Shown one piece after another: positions 56,538 through 64,000 of a stretch of 64,000 bases of DNA. Position numbers and translations under genes: made by a program. The stretch covers positions 704,001 to 768,000 of the forward strand of contig CAWAUV010000005.1 of the NCBI GenBank assembly GCA_963785305.1, written 5' to 3'. The notes under the pieces were generated by a model, which ran no database searches, was not told the DNA's origin, and was given only the letters and a program-made list of their open reading frames with translations. Every line of letters starts with the position of its first letter. Position 1 is the first letter of the stretch. This DNA comes from an uncultured Planctomycetaceae bacterium. Its GTDB lineage: Bacteria > Planctomycetota > Planctomycetia > Pirellulales > PALSA-1355.

Positions 56538-56846
56538 CTATGGCAATTCTATCAAGATTTGATCGCCCTCGACACGCGTGGCATAGCGACACTGCGCGAT
56601 TCGTGGGTTTAATTGGCTGCGACCATCGCGGACATCGAATTGCCAACCATGCCAAGGGCAGGTAACGACCGTGCCTGAAAGATCGCCCTTTCCGAGCGGC
56701 CCCCCCTGGTGAGGACAAACGCCATCCAGGGCGTAATAACTCCCGTCGACGTTGAACAGCGCGAGCAAGTGATCGCCGGCCACTACTTCCAGACTCGCGC
56801 CCGGCGGACATTCGCTTACCTTGGCCACGGGCGCCCAATGCGACAT
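56538..56846 (-). CDS. Rieske [2Fe-2S] ferredoxin
   Basis: CPHQGGPL ... CPWHGWQFD. Confidence 0.92.
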   Translation of the reverse strand: MSHWAPVAKVSECPPGASLEVVAGDHLLALFNVDGSYYALDGVCPHQGGPLGKGDLSGTVVTCPWHGWQFDVRDGRSQLNPRIAQCRYATRVEGDQILIELP

Positions 56847-56867
56847 AGCTCGAATCTCTCTCGCGGG

Positions 56868-57826
56868 TCAGGCGGCCTTTTTTGCCACCGACGGCTTTTT
56901 CTCACGCGTGTCTTTCCAGCGACGATGCAGCCACCAATACTGCGTGGGATCTTCGCGCACAATGGCTTCCAGCTCCGCGGTGAACCATTGGGTCAGCGCC
57001 GGCGCGGTCGCCGCGCGACTTTCGAGTTCGCGCGGATCGAGCGCCGAATAGCGCCGAGCCGATGGTGCAGCAATCGCCCTTGGCGACGGCCGAAGCACAT
57101 GACCATCGGCGCCTGGTAGGCGATGGCAAACACCGCGATTGCCTTGTGGGTCGACACCGGACGGCCGAAGAACTCGACATGGCAGCCCTTCGGCCCGGCA
57201 TGCGTATCGACCAAGAAGCCCATCGCCCCGTGTTGGGCCATGAGGACATCGACCAGCGGAGCGCAGCCGTCTTTCGGAATAATCCGCTGGCCGCTCGCGC
57301 CGCGAAAACGATTGATGAAGGCATTGAGGAACCCATTGTCGAGCGGCCTCGCGATCGCGTAGGTCCGAAACCCGAGCACGCCCAATATATAATTGCAGAG
57401 TTCGAAGTTTCCGTAGTGGCCGGAAAGCAGCACCAGCGGCCGGTCTTCGAACAGGGCCCGCACGATCAATTCGGGATTGGCCAGTTGCAGATAGTCGCGC
57501 CAGTTGGTTTGGTGAATCTTACGAGGCGCTTGCGTGACCTCAACGACGAGCAAAAACAGGTGCTCCCACATGCCGCGCCGCAGCGTGAGCCGCTCGCGGG
57601 GCGCCATTTCGGGAAAAGCGTGCTGGAGATTGTCGTCGACCACCACGGCGCGCACTCGCAGCAGGTCGGAAAAGACCCAGGCGAGCAGAGTCGCGCCTCG
57701 CTCGCACATTTCACGGGGTGCGGTTTGAACCACGCAGATCGTGACGCGAACGATCAAATACACCACATAGTCCAGAAACAATGTGGCCAATCGACGGATG
57801 CGGCTGCGTTGTTTGTGATGCGACAT
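56868..57826 (-). CDS. Lipid A late (lauroyl/myristoyl) acyltransferase, HtrB/LpxL family (frameshifted)
   Basis: LLSGHYGNFE, RPLDN, VEFFGRP, PTQYWWLHRRWK. Confidence 0.88.
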
Positions 57827-58014
57827 AGTGCCGCATTGTTGCTTGACTGGCGGATCGAGGAAAGACCGGTTCTTCCCAGCCATCGGGTCGATGCATGGGG
57901 CAACGGGTGGACCGGAGAATGTTCGTGGCCCTTGACGCCTGTTGTTTGCAAAACCTTCGGCCACCGAAGAATTTCAAGGACATTTCAGCTTCCTTCGCTT
58001 TTTCAAACCTTGAG

Positions 58015-58042
58015 TTGCTAAAAATGCCCGAATGGTTAGAAT
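58015..58042 (+). promoter_or_regulatory. Putative sigma70 promoter for the suf locus
   Basis: TTGCTA-N16-TAGAAT. Confidence 0.4.
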
Positions 58043-58083
58043 CCTGGTAGTGGCAGAACGACTGCTAACGAGAGACTCGGCAA

Positions 58084-58713
58084 ATGGTCCATGTCGCGAA
58101 TACATCCGACGAACGCTTGCTGGACTTGTTCCGACAGCGGGGCTCGCTGGGAATCATCGACTTGGTGGCCGCCACGCATGTCACGGCCACGGCCGTGCGA
58201 CAGCGGTTAAGTCGTTTGACTGCAAGTGGTTTTGTTGAGCGGGTGGCGATTCACTCGCGCCGCGGCCGGCCAAGCCACCGATATCGGTTGACCGCCAAGG
58301 GGCGGCGCGTCGGCGGAACCAACTTCGCCGATCTGGCATTGGTCCTGTGGCGAGAATTGCGGCGAGTTAGTGACGAAGCCACGCGCCGCGAACTGGGCGA
58401 GCGGCTGGCCAAAGCGCTGGCCGAATGTATCGAAGAAAAAATAACCGGCGCGGCGCCCGACGAGCGGATGCGAGAAATCGTCGCCGCGCTTGCCGCCCGG
58501 AATGTGCCATTTTCCGTGGAGACGAGCGACAGCCGACCCGACAGTCTGCCGGTGCTCACGGCCCGCGCGTGCCCGTTTCCGGAACTGGCGGAGGAAGATC
58601 GGGAGATTTGCGATGTCGAGCGGCAGATGTTCCAGCAACTGATCGGCTCCGATGTGCGGTTGGCAAATTGCCGGCTCGATGGGGCCCCCTGTTGCACGTT
58701 TGTATTGAACTAG
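58084..58713 (+). CDS. SufR-like wHTH Fe-S cluster regulator
   Basis: [13 protein letters not shown]...[11 protein letters not shown] and C-terminal CPF...IC...NCR...CC; heads the suf locus. Confidence 0.8.
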   Translation: MVHVANTSDERLLDLFRQRGSLGIIDLVAATHVTATAVRQRLSRLTASGFVERVAIHSRRGRPSHRYRLTAKGRRVGGTNFADLALVLWRELRRVSDEATRRELGERLAKALAECIEEKITGAAPDERMREIVAALAARNVPFSVETSDSRPDSLPVLTARACPFPELAEEDREICDVERQMFQQLIGSDVRLANCRLDGAPCCTFVLN

Positions 58714-58774
58714 CTTTTGTTCCCGCGCTGAGTTTGATTTCGCCCGCGGGGCGGTTCGGAAGACGAAAGATCGC

Positions 58775-59419
58775 ATGACGCAGCCGTGGATTCAGGGTCG
58801 ATTCGAAGAAAATGTGGTGACTACCACCGTCGAGCAGGCCATCAATTGGGCCCGCGAATCGAGCATTTGGCCGATGACGTTTGGCATTGCCTGCTGCGCG
58901 ATCGAAATGATGGCCGCCGGCGCGAGCCGCTTCGACCTGGAGCGGTTTGGGGCGGGGGCGTTTCGCGCGAGCCCGCGGCAAGCCGACCTGATGATCGTCG
59001 CCGGCACGGTGACTTATAAGATGGCGAGCCGGGTGCGGCGACTTTACAACATGATGCCCGAGCCCAAGTTCGTGATGGCGATGGGCGCTTGCACGACCGG
59101 CGGCGGCCCCTATTTCAAATGGGGTTATCACGTCGTCAAGGGCGTGGACCTCGTGGTGCCGGTCGATGTTTATGTTCCGGGCTGCCCGCCGCGGCCCGAA
59201 GCGCTGCTCGAAGGCTTGATGCGCATCCAAGACAAGATTCGCGGCCAGCGACTGGTTCGCGCCGCCGGCCAGCCAGTGGGCACGGCCGCGGCCGACGAGC
59301 TCCCGGTGCCGCACACCAGCGGTTATGTGTCGGCGCCGGCCGACGGTGAGCCGCTCTATCATCATCAAAAGTGGACCGAGGCTGAAAAAAGCAAAAAGGC
59401 CGCGTCGAAAACAGCATGA
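58775..59419 (+). CDS. nuoB: NADH-quinone oxidoreductase subunit B
   Basis: [51 protein letters not shown]. Confidence 0.95.
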   Translation: MTQPWIQGRFEENVVTTTVEQAINWARESSIWPMTFGIACCAIEMMAAGASRFDLERFGAGAFRASPRQADLMIVAGTVTYKMASRVRRLYNMMPEPKFVMAMGACTTGGGPYFKWGYHVVKGVDLVVPVDVYVPGCPPRPEALLEGLMRIQDKIRGQRLVRAAGQPVGTAAADELPVPHTSGYVSAPADGEPLYHHQKWTEAEKSKKAASKTA

Positions 59420-59534
59420 AACCGGCGAGTTGTCCCCCCCATGGAACGCGTCGCGAGACTTGTAATTCAGATTCCGAGAATTCGATTGAGAAGGAGTGTG
59501 GATGATCAGCGCCCAAAACCGATCGGAGTCGGCC

Positions 59535-60394
59535 ATGACCGAGCCCGTTGAGAACGTGTCCGAGTCCGACCTGAGCGAAACGCTCGCGATTGCCGATCTG
59601 TGCGTTTCGGTCGAGGGGAAGCCGATCTTGCGCGGGGTGAACCTTGTAGTGCGGCGCGGCGAAGTGCATGCCATGATGGGCCCCAACGGCTCCGGCAAAA
59701 GCACGCTTGGCTACGCCATCATGGGCCATCCGTCGTACGAAGTCACGAGCGGATCGATCATGCTCGGCGATCGCGATGTGCTGGCGATGGACGCCACCCA
59801 GCGCGCCGCGCCGGCCTGTTTCTCGCCTTTCAGCGGCCGATGGCGATTCCGGGCGTGAAGATGGCCGACTTCCTCCGCCACGCCACGACGAATGTCCGGC
59901 GGCCCGATCGCAAGGAAGGCGAAGAGCTGATTCCAATGCGCGAGTTTCGCAAGGAGCTCACCGACAAGATGAGCCAACTGCGGATGGACAAGGAATTTGC
60001 CCGCCGCTATGTGAACGAAGGCTTTTCGGGCGGCGAAATGAAACGCGCCGAAATCTTGCAACTGGCCATGTTGCGACCGAAATTCGCGATTCTCGATGAA
60101 ACCGATTCCGGGCTCGATGTCGACGCCGTGCGACTGGCCAGCGAGAGCATTGCCCAGATCGGCGGACATGACATGGGAATCTTGATCATTACGCATCACG
60201 AACAACTGCTCGAACACAACCGGCCGGACTACACGCATGTCATGCTCGGCGGCCGCATCGTGGAGACGGGCGGTCCGGAGCTTGCCGCGGAGTTGCACAA
60301 GCGTGGCTACGACCGGATTCGCGCCGCCTATCCCGCGGCGGCGGCCGACGAAGTCAACCTGCTGGCCGCTGGCAAGGCCGACGAAGCAAGCTGA
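59535..60394 (+). CDS. sufC: Fe-S assembly ATPase SufC (frameshifted)
   Basis: MGPNGSGKST, LFLAFQRP, NEGFSGGEMKR, LDETDSGLDVD. Confidence 0.93.
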
Positions 60395-60515
60395 GTCGAC
60401 ATGCATTGATTATTGAATTGCGCTCCACGGATATCCGTCCAGCGAATCGCCCCGCGAAACAATCGACAACCCGTTTCTAATAAGGCGCGGCCGCCGCGCG
60501 ACAAAAGGGAAACTC

Positions 60516-61928
60516 ATGGCTACCGAAATCATCACGCCTCCGGATTCGGGCATCGGCGAAATCAACAAATATGATTTTCGCACCAAGACCCAACATGTCT
60601 TCAAGGCTCGACGCGGGCTCGACGCCACGATCGTCGCCCAGATATCGGAAATGAAAGGCGAGCCGGCTTGGATGCGCGATTTCCGGCTTAAGAGCCTCGA
60701 AATCTTCCACTCGAAGCCGATGCCTCGCTGGGGCGGCAATATCGGCATCGATTTCCAAGATATCTTCTACTATCTCAAGCCGGCCGACCATCAGGGCAAA
60801 ACCTGGGACGATGTGCCCGAGGAAATCAAGAAGACCTTCGACCGACTGGGCATTCCCGAGGCCGAGAAGAAGTTTCTCGCCGGCGTGAAAGCTCAATTCG
60901 AGAGCGAAGTGGTCTATGGCTCGCTGCAAGAGGACCTCGGCCGACAAGGAGTGATCTTTACCGACACCGATACCGCGGTTCGCGAGCATCCTGACTTGGT
61001 GCGCGAGTACTTCTCGACGATCATTCCGCCGACGGACAATAAATTCGCGGCGCTGAATTCGGCCGTGTGGTCGGGCGGGTCGTTCATCTATGTGCCCAAG
61101 GGCGTCAAGATCGAGTTTCCGCTCCAGGCTTATTTCCGGATCAACGCCGAGAACATGGGCCAGTTCGAGCGCACTCTGATCATCGTCGACGAAGGGGCCG
61201 AAGTGCATTATGTCGAAGGCTGCACGGCGCCGATGTATAGCACCGAGAGTCTGCATTCGGCCGTGGTCGAGATCGTGGTCAAGAAGCATGCCCGCTGCCG
61301 CTACACCACGATTCAAAACTGGGCCAACAACATCTACAATCTCGTGACCAAGCGCGCCATGGCCTACGAAGGCGCGCTCATGGAATGGATCGACGGCAAT
61401 CTCGGCAGTCGGCTCACGATGAAGTACCCGGCCGTGTACATGCTCGAGCCGGGCGCCCGCGGCGAGATTCTCTCGATCGCCTTCGCCTCGCATGGCCAGC
61501 ATCAAGACGCCGGGGCCAAGGTCGTGCATTGCGCTCCGAACACCTCGAGCCGCATCATCTCGAAGTCGATCTCGAAAAACGGCGGCCGGGCCAGTTATCG
61601 CGGCTTGGTCAAGGTCGAGCCGGGCGCCCACAATTCCAAGAGCAGCGTGGTGTGCGATGCCCTGATTCTCGACGCTCAAAGCCGCAGCGACACCTATCCG
61701 TATATCGAGATCGAGGAGCAGAACGTGACGATCGGCCACGAGGCGAGCGTTTCTCGCATCGGCGAGGAGCAGCTCTTTTATCTCACCAGCCGCGGCCTCT
61801 CGGAAGCCGAGGCCAGCACGATGATCGTGAGCGGCTTCATCGAGCCGCTGATTCGCGAGCTGCCGATGGAATACGCGGTGGAAATGAACCGCCTCATCGA
61901 ATTGCAAATGGAGGGCTCGGTCGGGTAA
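60516..61928 (+). CDS. sufB: Fe-S assembly protein SufB
   Basis: [57 protein letters not shown]. Confidence 0.97.
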   Translation: MATEIITPPDSGIGEINKYDFRTKTQHVFKARRGLDATIVAQISEMKGEPAWMRDFRLKSLEIFHSKPMPRWGGNIGIDFQDIFYYLKPADHQGKTWDDVPEEIKKTFDRLGIPEAEKKFLAGVKAQFESEVVYGSLQEDLGRQGVIFTDTDTAVREHPDLVREYFSTIIPPTDNKFAALNSAVWSGGSFIYVPKGVKIEFPLQAYFRINAENMGQFERTLIIVDEGAEVHYVEGCTAPMYSTESLHSAVVEIVVKKHARCRYTTIQNWANNIYNLVTKRAMAYEGALMEWIDGNLGSRLTMKYPAVYMLEPGARGEILSIAFASHGQHQDAGAKVVHCAPNTSSRIISKSISKNGGRASYRGLVKVEPGAHNSKSSVVCDALILDAQSRSDTYPYIEIEEQNVTIGHEASVSRIGEEQLFYLTSRGLSEAEASTMIVSGFIEPLIRELPMEYAVEMNRLIELQMEGSVG

Positions 61929-62044
61929 TGTTGCCGCCTGCCGATTCGCTGGCGAGTTTCCGCCAGGAGTTGCCAGCGGACACCCATCGACGGCGACGAA
62001 ATCGATTTGATAACCTTGAATTTACTGGGCCCCTCGTTGTGCAA

Positions 62045-63356
62045 ATGACCGCGATCACCGAATCCCACGCGTTTACCACGGAAGCCTTCGAAACATTTCT
62101 CGACTCGCGCGATGAGCCGGCATGGCTCCGTGACGCGCGTCGCGAAGCTTGGCGCCGCTTTCAAGAAATGCCGCTGCCCGGCCGGGGCGACGAGGAATGG
62201 AGCCGCACCGATATTCGGCTGTTTCGGCTCGAAAAATTCGGCCGCTCGCCCGAGCCGCCGCGAGGAGCAACGCCACCGGCCGGTCTGTTGACCGAAAATC
62301 TCGCGCTCGCCGGCCAAACCACGGCGATGGATAGCCATCCGCGCTCGGCGCGGCTCGATGCCCAGTGGACCAACAAGGGTGTGCTCTTCGGCAGTTTGGA
62401 TCAGCTAGTGCGGGAACATGGCGATCGGCTCCGCCAGCATTTGTTTCATGTCGTGCGGCCCGATATCGACAAGTTCGCCGCGCTCCATGCCGCGTGGTGG
62501 TCGGGCGGCACGCTGCTCTATGTGCCGCGCGGCGTGGTGATCGATCAGCCGCTGCACATGCTCTCGTCGATGTCGCCGGGCGGCGTCGACCTTGGCCACA
62601 CGCTGGTCGTGCTCGAAGCCGGCGCCGAAGCCACGCTCTTGGCCGAAACCGCGAGTGTCGACGCCACCTCGCCCGGCCTGCACTGCGGCGCCATCGAGCT
62701 CGTGGTGGGCGAGGGCGCGCGGCTGCGCTATGTGAATCTGCAAAATTGGTCGACCGCCGTCTGGCACTTCGCGCATCAACATGGCCATGTCGGCCGCGAC
62801 GCCCGCTTGCAATGGACTATCGCCGCCCTGGGAAGCCGACTCGCCAAGGTGAATCAGCATGTGGCCCTCGTCGGCGCGGGCGCCGAGGCCCAGGTCAACG
62901 GAGTGATGTTCACCGAGGGCAAGCAGCATCTCTCCTATCACACCTTGCAGCATCATCGCGCCCCGCACACGCGAAGCGACCTGCTCTATAAAAACGCGCT
63001 TCAAGACGCGGCCCGGAGCGTGTGGCGAGGCATGATCAAGGTCGATCCCATCGCCCAGCGCACCGATGGCTACCAGCGCAATGATAATCTAATGCTCAGC
63101 GATCACGCGCGGGCCGATTCGATTCCGGGCCTCGAGATCGAAGCCCACGATGTGCGCTGCACCCACGGCTCGACGACCGGCCGGGTCGACGACGAGCAAG
63201 TGTTTTATGCGCGCAGCGCGCGGATTGACGCGCAAAGAGGCGATTCGCGTGATCGTGGCCGGCTTCTTTCAACAGGTATTCGATCGCATTACGATCGACA
63301 GTGTGCGCGAAGCCCTGGGCCACGCGATTGGCCGCCGGATTCGCGAATACGATTGA
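62045..63356 (+). CDS. sufD: Fe-S assembly protein SufD (frameshift near 3' end)
   Basis: EEWSRTD, DSIPGLEIEAHDVRCTHG, QVFY | RGLT..EA..IVAGFF. Confidence 0.92.
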
Positions 63357-63491
63357 CGGGGCGCCGGGGGGGCCGCGAACCGCTTGTCGTATCACTTCGG
63401 CGCCGCCTGCCTTGGGGTCCGCCACCGCCGCCAGAGCGCGAATGGCTCGCAAGTGTCTTGAGTTTCCAATCCCGAGCGATTTGATTTCATC

Positions 63492-63809
63492 ATGGCTGAT
63501 TTCGTGCGCGTGGCCGCCGTGGCCGACATTCCCGAGGGAGCTCACAAGCTGATCGAGCTCGACGAGCGGCTGATCGTGGTGTTTCACGCCGCGGGCCACT
63601 ATTACGCCATCGACGATGTGTGTACCCACGATGGCGGCCCCTTGGGCGATGGCGAGCTCGATGGATTCGCCGTGGCATGTCCGAGACATGGCGCCAAGTT
63701 CGATATTCGCTCGGGTCGAGCGCTCACGATGCCAGCCACCCGGCCGACGGTCGCCCATGAAGTGCGGCTTGAAGGCGACGCGATTTTGGTAAAATTGAAT
63801 CAGGACTAA
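63492..63809 (+). CDS. Rieske-type ferredoxin of the suf locus
   Basis: CTHDGGPL ... CPRHGAKFDIRSG. Confidence 0.92.
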   Translation: MADFVRVAAVADIPEGAHKLIELDERLIVVFHAAGHYYAIDDVCTHDGGPLGDGELDGFAVACPRHGAKFDIRSGRALTMPATRPTVAHEVRLEGDAILVKLNQD

Positions 63810-63865
63810 CGCGGCCGCTTGGCGTTTGCCGCCGCTCGTTCCCCCGCGATCTCGGAGTATCGATC

Positions 63866-64000
63866 ATGACCGTGACCGAAGAACAGGTTCGCTTGGCGCT
63901 CGAGCAGGTGATCGATCCCGAGTTGTTCGTCAACATCGTTGATCTGGGATTGATCTACAAAGTCGAGATCACCGACGCCGCCGCCGCGCCGACCAGCGAA
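63866..64000 (+). CDS. DUF59/SufT (MIP18-like) Fe-S assembly factor, partial
   Basis: MTVTEEQVRLALEQVIDPELFVNIVDLGLIYKV; GGAG RBS; runs off the window end. Confidence 0.88.
   Translation, partial: MTVTEEQVRLALEQVIDPELFVNIVDLGLIYKVEITDAAAAPTSE

Noticed and set aside
61385..63484. 699-aa ORF suggesting an extended SufD
   Set aside because: The N-terminal ~220 aa overlap sufB out of frame and the C-terminus results from a frameshift; the real start is ~62045.

Overview
GC-rich bacterial chromosomal segment whose gene content (DUF1559-like H-X9-DG domain, MoxR/DUF58/BatA/vWA operon, stand-alone RNAP alpha-CTD protein, PQQ-like propellers) points to Planctomycetota, probably Pirellulales (inference). 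About 20 otherwise conserved genes are split by 1-2 nt frameshifts, most likely uncorrected sequencing or assembly indels. The first 3.2 kb is a mobile-element hotspot: the left end of an ISAzo13-family IS interrupting a secreted-protein gene, then a 3'-truncated group II intron, a REP-like hairpin and a RAYT pseudogene, wedged between a 5'-truncated PilB/GspE-like gene and a 3'-truncated RNase HII-like gene. The best observation is that the intron's EBS1 (CCTGAC) and EBS2 (TCTTTTG) are complementary to the 5' arm of the RAYT-associated hairpin it is inserted in, so the intron appears programmed to home into RAYT/REP elements. The rest is mostly core genome: sat/cysH/CymR-like sulfur genes, rhamnulokinase, an ECF sigma with a pilin-like putative anti-sigma, hddA-hddC-gmhA heptose genes, a 16.5-kb MoxR-vWA operon, tRNA-Ala(GGC), an Old Yellow Enzyme, fliW-csrA-flagellin, ino1, a lipid A acyltransferase and a suf locus with an embedded solitary nuoB. 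Two related MITE-like repeats and a second REP-like doublet are also present. No CRISPR array was seen.
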